A stretch of DNA of 64,000 bases from Octopus vulgaris (GCA_951406725.2 OX597814.1:9362001-9426000); one strand, 5' to 3'. Positions 1 through 12,190 are shown, counted from the stretch's first letter. Program-made: numbers and translations. The notes: generated from the letters alone by a model not told the origin.

Positions 1-654
1 GGAATAAATGATTATCAGATGGGGCAATGTTTGGTGAATATGGTGGGTGGGGCATTGTTTCCCATTCAAACTGCTCCAGTGTATGTGGCTAGGCATTATC
101 CTAATGGAAGAACACCTTTTGTCTTGAAACCAAAGATGGTTGTTTTTCTTCTAGCACAGGTGTCTATGAATGGTTGAATGACCAAATCCAAGCTTCTCTG
201 CTAGTTCTTCAACAGTTACGATGGGATTTTGTTCCACCAGGGTTTGCAGGACGTCCTCATTGAGCTCTACAGATCTTCCAGGATGGGGCTCATCTTCTAG
301 GCTGTAGGTTCCGGCTCAGAATTTCTGTAACCACCATTGACACTGACGTATGCTTATTGTCTGATCCCCATATACTGCATTAATGTTCTTCACACTTTCT
401 GTTGAATTGTTGCCTTTATTGAACTCATAAAGCAAAATATACCGAATATGCTCTTTTGTCACTTCTATTATAGCTTTTAAAAAATAACTGTTAAAATCGA
501 ACTGCACTCTTCAAAACTTGCACTAAGAATAAGGACAAGGTAAAATTATTACCTGCTTTAATAGCATGTTGATGCAGGTAGTTTATCCTGTCCTACTCTA
601 ACTTTTAGTTCATGCAATTGAACAAAATCACATTACTTATGGGATGACCCAATA
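1..654 (-). mobile_element. Mariner transposon, 5' part (degenerate)
   Basis: ORF 316..507 KEHIRYILLYEFNKGNNSTESVKNINAVYG resembles the mariner transposase N-terminal HTH; TIR-like end tattgggtcatcccataagtaatg at about 631-654. Confidence 0.85.
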
Positions 655-797
655 TATCCATGCAGCATCAAGTCAGGAGTGTAGGAGTCCTGTCAAACAA
701 ATGGTGTGTTGTTCTTGACCAGGAGATCTTGGATTTGACTCTCTTATTGCACTGACACTCCCCACATGCACAGATCATTCATTAAAATGGAATGCAT

Positions 798-1847
798 TAT
801 TTTCACAGCTTCCACAAACCAGATGTGGAACTTGCTGACAGAAAGCTACTGCAACTTTTATACCAACCACTCTGATGAGCACAGTCTTAGATAATCACCT
901 AATTACCCAATATCAGGTGCAAAACAAATTTGTAAGAATGGTTGAAATAGATTTATAATACTGAATAGTTTACGCTTAATATGCCCATTCCGTGGTGGGG
1001 ACACTGGCAACGGGTAGTGTCAGAGCTATGCCGTCGGGAACTTCGGTTCCTGGTAGGGCCACCCAAGGCGGATTGGTCTGACACCGAGTGGTATTAGGGC
1101 CACAACTCAGCAGACGGGGCTCTGGTGAAAATCCTCGGAGTGTCTGCTTTGGTAACTGGCGGCTCCTCGGTCGTTCTGTCTCTGTGTCTGCGTACAATCT
1201 GTGGCAAACAAGATGTCTCCACATGCGGGATTGTTGGGGACCGCTTTTGAAATCCACATATCCCAACGAAACTTCTTCCATGAGTAGAAGAAGCTGACAC
1301 AACCCACCCAGGGTGAATGTCGCCACAAGTACAAGTAAGTAATATACCCACTCTGTTGAAAAATGTACGAGTGCGTGTTTTTCTGACTTACAGACTCACG
1401 GACTGTATCATTATCCTCATCCTCATTTAATGTCCATCATTTACTCTGGCATGGGTTACACAGTTTGACAGGATCTGGTGACCACCAGATCTGTTTTAGG
1501 CTCCACGCTCAGCTTTGGCATGGTTTCTATGGCTGGCTTGCTGGCTGGCTGGCTGGTTGCCCTTCATATTGCCAACCATTTTACAGTGTGCTTTTCTCAT
1601 GGCACCAGCACTGGTGAGGTCACCAAGTATCTTGCAAAACAAAGCAAAGAATGGAAAAGGATAAGAACCCCCTATGGAAAGGGGAGGGGAGGTGCCTTGA
1701 TGCCAGGGGTAGAAAGCCTAAAGTTTGCCAGAGGGTCAAGCATAGTTGTCTGGATATAGGGGAGACTCATGGCCTCCTTATATTTATGCAAGGGTGCATG
1801 ACAGTATCTAGAAGGGAGAAAGATGGTGGTAATAGGGTGCCAGAGCA
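798..1847 (+). repeat. Segmental duplicate of 16495-17535 (D-A intron sequence)
   Basis: Direct, near-identical sequence including the same embedded RTE-derived element; paired ORF translations such as 976..1326 and 16675..17025. Confidence 0.95.
991..1339 (+). mobile_element. Short non-autonomous RTE-derived retroposon, copy 1
   Basis: Flanked by degenerate 14-bp TSD taatatgcccattc (977-990) / taatatacccactc (1340-1353); 5' end cgtggtgggg...gagctatgcc...ggtagggccacccaaggc resembles RTE 5'UTRs; 3' tail caagtacaagtaag. Confidence 0.75.
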
Positions 1848-2491
1848 TAGTCCCAAGTTACAAGAAGGGGAGTAGAAGGGAGACTGTGGATGAGGAAAGA
1901 AGGAATGGGAGGGTAATGGCATCAGAGTGTGAGATGAGAAGGGAAGAGGTTAGAGATGGGGCTAGAGGTGGATGTAGGGAGTGAGGAACAATGGTTTGAG
2001 GTGGAGTTGAGAGACTGACGGGGCTCGGTAAGGAGGGGGTGACAAGAAGTAGCATAGGAAGGGTGGAGAGCAGCAGAACCATCAATCTGTTGATAGATGA
2101 GGAGGAAGAGAGATGATGACCAAGATCTGACAGCAGAGGGAAAGCAAAGATGATGAACTGTGAAAGAGATGGGAGTTAGAGATACATGGGGGTGGCTGTT
2201 GTGAGTGGGGCCAGAAAATTAGAGGGAGTATTAATAATGGATTCTACTCTCAAATGGTTACAGCAGCAAAGTAGGGCCATAGTTAGAAGAGTAATGGAGG
2301 GATGGGTGTTAGGAAGATGAGATGTGGTGAGGGAGATGTTGCACAGGGGCAGATGTGGGTGTGAGGAACAGCATTGACAGGAATATGCACAATACTGTTA
2401 CTATGATTTTGTTCAACTTTTGCCACCATGGAATATGGACATTAAATGATGATGATGGTATATATATATATGTTTGTGTGTGTGTGTGTGT

Positions 2492-3250
2492 ATCATCATC
2501 ATCATCATTTAACATCCGTTTCCCATGCTAGCATGTGTTGGATGGTTCGACTGGGGTCTGGTAAGCCATGGAGGCTGAGGCTCTGGTCTGATCTGGCAGT
2601 GTTTCTACAGCTGGATGTCCTTCCTAACACCAACCACTCTGTGAATGTAGTGGGTGTTTTTTAAGTGCCACCAGCATAGGGGCCACAGCAGGCTGGCAAA
2701 TGGCCACGATCGGTTGGGGCTTTTACGTGTCACCGACACGGACGCCAGTCAGGCGGCGCTGGCATCTGCCACGTTTGGACGGTGCTTTTTATGTGTCACC
2801 GGCACGGGTGTCTTCACCACAATTTCCATTTGATTTTATATTGACGTTGGTGTTGACATACTTGACTCAATAGGTCTCCTCAAGAACAGCAGGTCACTTT
2901 ACGATCCAAGGTTAGCACAGCAGGCCGTCGTGCGAGCCATGAACTCACTTCATTTGTCGGGTCTTCACAATCACAGCATATCTCAGGGGTCTCGTTCTTC
3001 GTCATTTCCTCTGTGAGGCCCTACATGCCACCGGCATGGTTATCACAACTATAATAGCCATACGATTTTTATTTTTATGTTGTTGAACTTGACACAATAG
3101 GTCTCCTCAAGCGCAGCAGGCCGCACTGCAAGCAATGAACTCACTTCATTTGTCGGATCTTCGAAGTCATAGCATATCTCCAGAGGTCTTGGTCTTTTGT
3201 CATAGCCTCTGTGAGGCTCAATGTACGAAGGTCATGCTTGACCACCTTGT
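2492..3250 (-). mobile_element. RTE LINE 3' end with (GAT)n tail
   Basis: Homologous to 30850-31460, where the same UTR follows an RTE ORF end. Confidence 0.85.
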
Positions 3251-3319
3251 CCTATATATATATATATATATATATATATAAGTAAAGTACATGGAAAAGA
3301 AAAAAGAATGTAGGTGTAG

Positions 3320-3721
3320 ATGATCTTTAAATGTTTAACCCAAAGTTTAGGAATCTTTTTTAAATGTAAAGAAGTAGTTTATCAAGCTAAAGTGATTTGT
3401 GAGAGTAATGATTACTTTTATATTGATTCTTCTGCTAATTATATTAAGAAAAGGGTTTTGAATCATTACCATTCCTTTAGGAGCAGTAATTGGGCTTCAT
3501 CTACTAGTCTTAGTAATTTCTGCTGGAATCTTAAAGATAATTATATAATGTTCTTTATTGAATGGAAGATTTTAGGGATGGCTCTGGCCTATAAGACTGG
3601 TAATAGATTCTGCTATCTTTCTTCTCAGGAATTATTTTTGATTCTGTTTTCTAGAAGAAAATCGCTAAACTCTAAATCTGAAAGGATTTTTTTCTGTGTT
3701 CATAGGAATAAATGTGTTTAA
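3320..3721 (+). mobile_element. Penelope-like element GIY-YIG endonuclease remnant
   Basis: VVYQAKV..YFYIDSS..KKRVLNHYHSFR..TSLSNFCWNLKD..IEWKIL..C.L...E..LNSKSE...CVHRNK pattern. Confidence 0.8.
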
Positions 3722-3801
3722 AAATTTTAAATAAAGATGTCTATTATGGATGTTTTATTTTATCTGGTTTTATTTCTGATTAACTCGTAATTGAGACTAC
3801 A

Positions 3802-3960
3802 TTTCTATATTTGAGAGATGAGGAATTACGTACATTATTTACTTTATTTACATTTGACTGATATTTGTCCTCATCTTGGTGAGTACATCAGCCAAAATGT
3901 GTTAACAACAAACAAGATGAGGACAAATATCAGTCAAATGTAAATGAAGTAAATAATGGT
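3802..3960. repeat. Internally deleted palindromic repeat, same family as 18745-19237
   Basis: tttacatttgactgatatttgtcctcatcttg ... caagatgaggacaaatatcagtcaaatgtaaa inverted arms. Confidence 0.8.
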
Positions 3961-4929
3961 AATTGAGAGTCTGACAATCACTGTTTCACCCTTTGTAGTT
4001 ACTACTTAAGTTGGTTCCTCTCTCATTGGTTTTTGTTTTTGTTTATCTACATCACTATTATATTTTGTTTTTAATTTTTTAGGTGAATTCCTACAAGTTT
4101 TATTTTTTAGATTTGGATATTTATTCTAGTCTAGTAAAACATTATAAGTTCTAAATCTATTTCTTAATCCTATAATTTGGATGATTTATAGCTTAATTTT
4201 TCTTGTGGTGGTGGTAACTTTATTACAATTCAATAACAATTTCTATATTTTAAAAGAAGCAGCAAGTAGGTGGAAATGAAGATATTTTTGCCGAGCCTTG
4301 TGACGTTAAGCTGAACTTAGCATGTAGTATGACCATGTTATACAACGGTAGTTTGTACATACATAGTTTTTACGATATTTTTACGACATTAAGATAAAGT
4401 TGGAAGAAGAAAGAAAACAGGTGCAAAAGGAAGAACCTGTCATGTTTGAGAAGCAGGTAAGTAACACCTTCAAGACCAGGAGAGGCACAGGTGTGCTTAT
4501 TCTTGAGGTGGCATCACAGCATTGCAAGTGTAAATTTCAATGATGTTATACAGTCTGATGCTAGAGGTAGAGAAGATGGTACATTTAGATTTTCAACAGT
4601 AAAATTGCCAGCAAATCACTCAGCAATAAGTTCTGCACATTCTTTCAGTTCATCAATAATCTGACTTGTGTGTGTGTGTGTGGGGGGGATTATAAAGAGG
4701 CCCAACTGGAGAGTGGGGCCTCTGCTTTGAACATACATATTTACAGACCACTTTGCTGTCAGGGCTGGTTGCTATCCATTGTTCAAAATCAGGCACTGCC
4801 TTGTTTGTCATTCGCTTGGAATAGTTGGATGATCTATGGAGCCTTCTTCTATTCTCATCTGTTTTATGCAGTCTATATTCTTTTTCAGAATCATCACATT
4901 TTTTCCTGACAAGTTGAACTGTTGCAGTC

Positions 4930-5680
4930 CCCCAAATTGTACTTTTGGGATTTTAAAAACATTCCTGTGGTATTGATGCTTCATGTGTGGCCCAGAATTA
5001 AACTGGGGATGTTCTGAAGTGCAGTATTGACATCTTCAGAATCATAAAATTCAAACCAGTTTGGGTGTCGTAACTCATCATGGTAACAGTTCCATGTTTG
5101 TTTGTTTCAGTCAAAACAATGAGATTGGTAGAGGTGATATTCTTGTTTCTGCCCATAAGAGACAGATTGGTAATGATCATAGCATAATCGGAGTCACCAA
5201 AAGGTTTCTCAGCAGTGACGCTCATAACCATTTCAGGAGTAGGGGGTCAAGAGCAGATTTAAAGTGTTGCTACATTTTGCGGAGGAGATGACTACTTGGA
5301 ACTAGTTTGAGTCCAGCACTACATCAAGGAAATCTTGAGCACTTAGTGGCCAACAAAAGGTTTCCCAATTAATCTGAGGGTTGCTGAAATCACTAGCAAG
5401 GAAAACATAAATGGCTGCTTTCTTAGATGCAGCTCTGAGGATGTCAAAAATCTGTGTTGTGTTGGTAATTTGGTGAGCAGTAGACAACTCCATGTAGCAG
5501 TGTTGACATGCTTATGCATATTTCACAAAAGAATACCTTTTGCTGTGATTGGTTCAAATTCTCAGAAGGAATTATTGAAAAGTTTGACTGAATGTAGACC
5601 CTCACATTACTCCTAAAATGGCAAATGTGATCTTTGTGAAACAAATTGTAACCAGCCATGCTAATTAACATCATCGCAGA
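4930..5680 (-). mobile_element. Highly decayed LINE endonuclease fragment
   Basis: ISMAGYNLFHKDH...VRVYI, FLASDFSNPQINW and PFGDSDYAMI resemble APE motifs (GY...R.DR, GDFN, SDH). Confidence 0.55.
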
Positions 5681-5696
5681 GTAAAGAGTGGGTCCA

Positions 5697-5976
5697 TATT
5701 TATATTTTCATGTTATTTCATTTCCAAATAAGGAATCATTACAGTTAATTAAAACATTTTCTCAATCTAACTCAAACATTTTATTTCCTTCACATCTGAT
5801 ATCGTGAGTATATCTTTTGCTAACTTTAACAACCTCAAACTTACTACAGCCATTCTGTAGAGCCTTTCTTAACAACAATATCAACTGCAACAATGTATCT
5901 CTCTTCTCTCCATGGAATGTTCCTTAGCTGTTTACCATTAATTACTTTTGTAGGTTGATGTCATTGTTAACAGCAC
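5697..5976 (+). pseudogene. Orphan remnant of a further module: A-B intron plus the first 23 nt of exon B
   Basis: Near-identical to 17968-18237 and 6200-6467; ends gtag|gttgatgtcattgttaacagcac (VDVIVNS) and then breaks into a TG/CA tract. Confidence 0.85.
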
Positions 5977-6030
5977 ATGTGTGGGTGTGTGTGTACACAC
6001 TATACACACACATTAATATTTTCTTTTCAG

Positions 6031-6167
6031 ACACCACATCATCAAGCCCACCCCTTCTGTCTTCACAACAGGAACCCTCTTCTGTGGAACCCAGAAGTAA
6101 TGTGATATCTCAAGAATATGATGACATCAAAATAAACCAAATAATTGATTCAATTTCTAATGCATCT
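6031..6167 (+). CDS. Multi-macrodomain (PARP9/14/15-like) gene, module 1 exon A (S/P-rich linker plus start of macrodomain)
   Basis: Acceptor ttcttttcag ends at 6030, donor gtgagt at 6168; phase 1 to 0; (D)TTSSSPPLLSSQQEPSSVEPRSNVISQEYDDIKINQIIDSISNAS; homologous to 17824-17942 and 45166-45302. Confidence 0.85.
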
Positions 6168-6444
6168 GTGAGTAAATAGATTCAAGTAACATAGATTTAA
6201 TTGTCATTTCATTTTCAAATGAGGAATCGTTAAAGTTAATTAAAACATTTTCTCAGTCAAACTCAAACATTTTATTTCCTTCACATCTGATATCTTGAGT
6301 ATATCGTTTGCTAATTTTAACAACCTCAAACTTACTACAGCCATTCTGTAGAGCTTTTCTTAACAACAATATCAACTGCAACAATGTATCTCTCTTCTCT
6401 CCATGGACTGTTCCTTAGTTGTTTACCATTAATTACTTTTGTAG

Positions 6445-6672
6445 GTTGATGTCATCGTTAACAGCACCAATAAAGAACTCCAGCTTCAAAAGGGTTCTTT
6501 CTCCAAATATATTCTCTTTGCTGCTGGTTCAGAGATACAAGATGAATGTAACCAGAAATATCCTCAAGGTATTTCTACATCTGAAATAGCCATCACTAAA
6601 GGATATAACCTCAAATGTAAGAATGTATTTCATCTGGCATTACCTCCCTGGGATGAAAATTCCTCTGATTCA
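6445..6672 (+). CDS. Module 1 exon B, macrodomain N-terminal half
   Basis: ttttgtag acceptor, gtaagt donor; 228 nt, phase 0-0; VDVIVNSTNKELQLQKGSFSKYILFAAGSEIQDECNQKYPQG...AITKGYNLKCKNVFHL, matching the macro-PARP DVIVNS and 'IT.G..L.CK.V.H' motifs. Confidence 0.93.
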
Positions 6673-7281
6673 GTAAGTATCAATCATATGATATTGATTT
6701 ATTGAAAGAGTTAATGTTTGAAGAGAACCTTATGCATGTTGTGTGAGAATCATAAAGCAAATGTCAGCATCCTGTTTAATATTTGTTCTTCCAAGTTATC
6801 ATTGGAAGGAAGCAGAAGATATCGATGAACAGGACACTTTTATATATAAATAGAAGGAAAAAGCCTCATGGCCTAACAACAGTTATGTGACTGATAAATA
6901 AGACTATATTAAAACATATTTCTCTGTTTTACTGTCTGTATTGGTGAGTTTTTCTCTGTCATGGCACGAGCACTAGAGAGGTTGTCATGTCCTCAACAAC
7001 ACTAAAGACTCCTCTTGGGTCTGCATTCTCTCTCTTCATTCACCAACCATTTTACACGGTGGATTGGGTCTGTTTTATTGTAGCAGCAACATGAGTGAGG
7101 TTGCCTTGTCCCTTGCAGGACTAAAGAGTGATAGGAATGACAGTTGTGTTTAGAAGTGGTAGGAGTGAGAGGAGTTGTGAGAGGAGGATATATTTATTAC
7201 AACTTAATGGTTTCTTCCTGTAATAAGAAAATAATTTAATAAAATGTTCATTATCAATTACTAAACAATTATTTTTTTTAG

Positions 7282-7506
7282 ATTCTGGCAAACTTGACTC
7301 AAATAATAACCACTTGTCTGGAAGCTGCTGAGAGAATGGGAACAAAAAGCCTTGCATTTCCTATATTAGGAGCTGGAACATTGAATTATCCCATTGAAAA
7401 CCTACCCAGAACTATGTATGAAGCCGTGAAAAACTACTCAAATCAAAATTCAAGCTGCATCAAAGATGTTTACTTTGTTTTTCCAAAACACACAGAGATA
7501 GTAAAG
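7282..7506 (+). CDS. Module 1 exon C, macrodomain C-terminal half
   Basis: tttttttag acceptor, gttggt donor; 225 nt, phase 0-0; CLEAAERMGTKSLAFPILGAGTLNYP matches the macrodomain S(I/L)AFPA(I/L)GTG motif. Confidence 0.93.
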
Positions 7507-7585
7507 GTTGGTTTGTTTATTTTCCATTTGTTGTTTTAAGTTGATATTTTTGGAATTTACAAAAAAAAAAATTCTACATTAAATA

Positions 7586-8005
7586 GGCGCAGGAGTGGCT
7601 GTGTGGTAAGTAGCTTGCTAACCAACCACATGGTTCCGGGATCAATCCCACTGCGTGGCATCTTGGGCAAGTGTCTTCTGCTATAGCCCCGGGCCAACCA
7701 ATGCCTTGTGAGTGGATTTGGTAGACGGAAACTGAAAGAAGCCTGTCGTATATATGTATATATATATATGCGTGTGTGTGTTTGTGTGTCTGTGTTTGTC
7801 CCTCTAGCATTGCTTGACAACTGATGCTGGTGTGTTTACGTCCCCGTCACTTAGCGGTTCGGCAAAAAGAGACCGATAGAATAAGTACTGGGCTTACAAA
7901 AAAAGAATAAGACCCGGGATTGAGTTACTCGACTAAAGGCGGTGCTCCAGCATGGCCGCAGTCAAATGACTGAAACAAGTAAATGAGTAAAGAGTAAAAA
8001 GAGTA
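7586..8005 (+). mobile_element. tRNA-derived SINE with internal (TA)/(TG) tract
   Basis: A-box-like tggctgtgtgg and B-box-like ggatcaatccc; tail ggcggtgctccagcatggccgcag...gaaacaagtaaa(gagtaaa)n; partial copy at about 20528-20725; absent from modules 2 and 3. Confidence 0.85.
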
Positions 8006-8029
8006 AATGAATAATAATGAAATTATTGT

Positions 8030-8895
8030 ATACAGTGCTCAGGTGCACCACAACTTGTCAAAAGTGCGTATAAAGCATCTGCAGTAATGTACAAATGTCT
8101 GGGAAGTGAACAGTGTATGAGTCAGATACATGCTCGCGTGTGTATGGAGGGGAGAAAGATCAGGTGTAGTGTTGGCAAATCTGAGGAAGCATGGAAGTTT
8201 TGAAGGATGCAGTGCTCCAACAACTAACAACTGATGCCGGCAGTTTGTTCCATGCTTCAGCAACTCTCAGCGTGAAAAAATGTTTCCGAAAGTCATGGAA
8301 GGAGCTGTGCTGTTTTCTGACTTTGTAAACATGTCCACGGGTGTTAGACAGGTGGAGTTTGAAAAGGTGCTCAGAGTTATTGTTTGTAAGATGGTTAATA
8401 ATTTTATGAGTGTCTACCAAGTCAGCTGCCAGACGTCGGAGTTTCAATGTATCCATGCCCAGGGAAGTAAGGCATTCAGAATATGGCAAATGCCTCATGG
8501 AGGGTATTCTCTTGGTTGCACGTCGCTGAACGGTTTCCAGACGATTAATATCCTGGGAAAGATAGGGGTTCCAGACCAGTGATGCAAATTCCAGTTGAGG
8601 CCACACCATAGCTATATAAAGCTGCAAATAGATAGCCGGAGAGTGGCTCACAAAGGACTTGGTGAGTGATGCCAAGACACCCTCAGCCTTCTTGGCAATT
8701 TTAGCAATGTGTTTTGTCCAACACAAATCACTGTCGACAATAATGCCCAGGTCACGTTCACAAGAAGACTTTTTGAGATTAGTGTTGTGGAGGGAGTAAG
8801 TAGACGCTGAGTTTTTCCTCCCAAAATGCATGGTGGTACATTTGTCCACAGCCAGCTTGAGTTGCCAGTCCATGATCCTCTGCTGTGTTTTATCC
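8030..8895 (-). mobile_element. CR1-type LINE, 5'-truncated 3' fragment
   Basis: ORF 8160..8873 with ERDLGIIVD, LEFASLVWNPY, LETVQRRATK, TRGH and FFTLRVAEAWNKLP motifs. Confidence 0.92.
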
Positions 8896-9608
8896 AGGAA
8901 ATAGAAACAAAAATATGGAATCCTTCTGTAAATTTATATATTGGTGTCTTAGAATTCTTCAGTTGGAATGTTGGAATCTTTGATGTGTCTCATGGCCCTG
9001 TCTACCATACTTTTAGGTTAGCTTGGTTTTCTTCAACTCTTCCATTCCATGATTTAATTCTTAGTAACTTGATATGGATTCAGTATAGCTACCTCCACCA
9101 CCACCACTACCTACCCACAACATCCTTCAACAATTCCATTTTGGTTACTGACCAACCAAAAATGTGTTAATAGCACCACCAGAACACTGATGGTTTTCTT
9201 TCATTTCTGTTCTTCAAAGTGGAACGCTTTGGAAACTCTTTCCACAATTCTTTACAGTTCTTCTCAAAGTTGGATGAATCAATTAAGGGGCTTCTATGCT
9301 GTGCCTTAACTTGCTAGTAATAACAGCCAAGTGTCTCTTAAATCACAGTCTGCTGTCGTCAAAACTGGCAGAGTTGTTAAGGTGTCAGATAGGAAACCTT
9401 CTAATCTTTGTTTCAGCCCTTGGCATTCTGAGTCCAAATCCTGCTGGTGCCATACTAACCTTTTATTCCTTCACAATTCATAAAAATGTCCGTCTTCTCT
9501 GTTGGATTCATAGAAGTAGAAGAATGACAGAAGATCTTCTGTGGTGTTCGTTTCAGTACTTGGCATTCTGATTTCAAATCCTGCCATGGCAATGCTGGAT
9601 TGTGAATG
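8896..9608 (+). repeat. Segmental duplicate of about 21317-22157 (C-D intron sequence)
   Basis: Direct alignment by eye; ORFs 9296..9571 and 21773..22123 translate nearly identically. Confidence 0.92.
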
Positions 9609-9614
9609 TGCGTG

Positions 9615-9620
<6 letters not shown>

Positions 9621-9708
<88 letters not shown>

Positions 9709-9726
9709 CTCTCTCTCTCTCTCTCT
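9621..9726. repeat. (CA)n followed by (CT)n microsatellite
   Basis: Direct reading. Confidence 0.98.
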
Positions 9727-10537
9727 GATCAAGAATCCCATTCACACCTATACATTCATTTACCTACACATATGCATTCGCATAGGCATATCCTTGAGCA
9801 CCCCAACATATACACACACACATACATATGTGGAATGGGAAGAATGGGTGGAGTGGGGAAACTAAATTATAGATATTTTTATACACTGTCCCATCTTGAA
9901 AATGCATATTTGGCACAGTGATTATACTCTGGAATTTTCTCATCATGCTTGTTTACCAGGTTCTCATTATTCATCAGTATACTCAATGCTTCCTCAAGTA
10001 ACGAACCACACAGGTGTGCATTTTTTATTATTGACCATTCCATTTTGTATTTAATTTATGATTCTTTCATTCCCCATATGAGGTCTGCCAGTGAAGTTGC
10101 GTGTTGTCTGTTTATTTTTCGGAATGACAACGTGTGGCTGTGATAACTGACTTTGAATTGGTTTTCCATGGCACCTATGTACACATATTTATGTTGGGAG
10201 GTGGAGATTGTTTATTTGTATACTATGTTTTTTTGGACACATTGGTTCATGAGCAGACAAGTGGATTTTCTACAGCTTGTACAGTTATTTGTACTATTAA
10301 TTTTTATATTTATCTCATGACTTTTTGATTCTGTTTTCATGATGTTCCATTTGATTGTTAGTATCTGGAACATTGTGAAATCGGTAATCCATTTTGTTGG
10401 ATCTTTTTTGATGATTCATTTTAATATTATTGCCACTGTCTTTTATATTATCTGAGTTTTTGAAGTCTTTCTGTTGCTTATTTTTGTTATTGACCTTAAA
10501 TCCTGTGATGTTTTCATTTGCTCATTCTCTGCCAGTA

Positions 10538-10944
10538 CTTACTTGTACTTGCGGTGACATTCACCCTGGACGGGTTGAGTTGGCTTCTTCCACCACCCTC
10601 GAGGCATTGTATTCGCCATTGAGGATTCATGGAAGAAGTTTCGTGGGGATATGTGGATTTGACAAGTGGTCCCCAACAATTCTGCATGTAGAGACATCCT
10701 GTTTGCCGCAGATAGTACGCAGATGCAGGGGCAGAATGACCGAGGAGCCACCAGTTGCCGAAACAGACACTCCAAGGATTTTCACCAGAGCCCCGTCTGC
10801 CGGGTTGTGGCCCTAATACCACTCTGTGTCAGACCAATCCACCTTGGGTGGCCCTACCAAGAACCGAAGTTCCCAATGGCATAGCTCTGACACTACCCGT
10901 TGCCAGTGTCCCCACCACGGTGAGGAGGGTATGGACTTTGGGGA
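10538..10944 (-). mobile_element. Short non-autonomous RTE-derived retroposon, independent longer copy
   Basis: Inverted homologue of 991-1339; perfect 9-bp TSD ctgccagta at 10529-10537 and 10945-10953. Confidence 0.8.
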
Positions 10945-11059
10945 CTGCCAGTAGACATTGTTTGTATGTTTATTTCCCTGTTCTTGTATTTATGTATGTA
11001 GTACTCAATCCTATAAGATGTTGCATATGGTATTTACACTGTGTGCTTGTTGAATAAAC

Positions 11060-11380
11060 CAGAACTGTGGAGTCAGAGCTGAAGTTTGAGTCATGGAGTT
11101 GGAGTCAGAGTGTCAGAGTTGTGGAGTTGGAGATGAAGTCGAAACAATTAAGGGGTAGCTGGAGTTGGAGTCGGTAAAACTATACCGACTCTGACTCACA
11201 ATGCCTTCATTCTTTAATATAAACCAGTTATAACATATAGGCCTACTCAAAGTACAAGTGTATGCATATGCTTTATGAGATAGGTTGACCACAATTACTT
11301 AATTACATACAGAAGAGTCAGAGTCAGAGGTGCCAACAGTAGAGGACTCAGAGTCAGAGTGGTGAAACTGAATTTAAACT
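11060..11380 (+). mobile_element. GGAGTC-rich MITE-like remnant
   Basis: Repeated ggagtc/agagtc/ggagtt hexamers and hairpin gagtcggta...taccgactc. Confidence 0.5.
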
Positions 11381-11809
11381 GAAGTCAATTTTTAGGCAGA
11401 TGTGGTGCATATTGTTGGTGGACAACAATCATCTGCTAAAGGCACCAGAACTGCCAGATCACGTATTTTCGCCCTGCTCAAGTTCATCAGTGACAGACAC
11501 CCTGTAGCAACATAACAGCCAAATCTCCGTGTCAACGATATATAGACACTGATGTCACAAATAGCCTGAAGTCTTATTAAAGATAATTAATAGCAACAGA
11601 AGCAGTGTTAATACCAAAAGGCATTCTTTATGTTCATATGCTGTAATGAAGAAATTAGGGAAATTCCTGCCCACTGTAGAACTGTTTGTGAAGTTCTTTC
11701 TTTTTGAATCTTTTCTCTTTTCGTTTGTCATCTCTCTTAAGAATGACCATGATCCTAATTGTTGGACCTCTTCCACCTCCTCCTTCTTGCTTACAATATG
11801 AAAATAATT

Positions 11810-12190
11810 ACCTTGTACTCTGCTTTTGTTGCTCAAATATTCTTGGCTACACAAGATGCACCAAAGAACCTCAACTTCAACATTCTTGATAGACATTTCA
11901 ACAGCAAACATAAGACTCAGCAGTTTTAATCAGAATGGTGAGTGGAGAGAAGAAACAATACAACTTCAGCTACATGAAGACACCATTGCCACATGTTTAA
12001 CTTCACTAACACTACATCAGTGGCCATGTAAATTGTGAGAGGTTTTTCTGCCGCATCCACTGTATTACCATATTGAGACAGGTTTCATATCTTCTGGAAG
12101 ACATGGATGGTTATACATGGAATAGCTTTGATCTGAATAACAAAATAATTTTCCTCGTTTGTTTGTTATTGATGAGAAATAAATCGTTAA
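11810..12190 (+). repeat. More diverged duplicate of about 40174-40551 (upstream of exon D)
   Basis: Shared block aacctcaacttcaacattcttgatagacatttcaacag...cagctacatgaagacaccattgccacatg. Confidence 0.9.

Noticed and set aside
976-1351. Overlapping ORFs repeated three times, as a small gene family
   Set aside because: They lie inside a TSD-flanked repeat, differ by indels between copies and show no protein motif.
7586-7660. tRNA gene (also 12725 and 18478)
   Set aside because: Only A/B-box-like heads continuing into SINE bodies; no complete cloverleaf.
11642-11795. Possible solo LTR (tgtaa...ttaca)
   Set aside because: Only about 150 bp, the candidate TSD is off by one base, and there is no second copy in the window.
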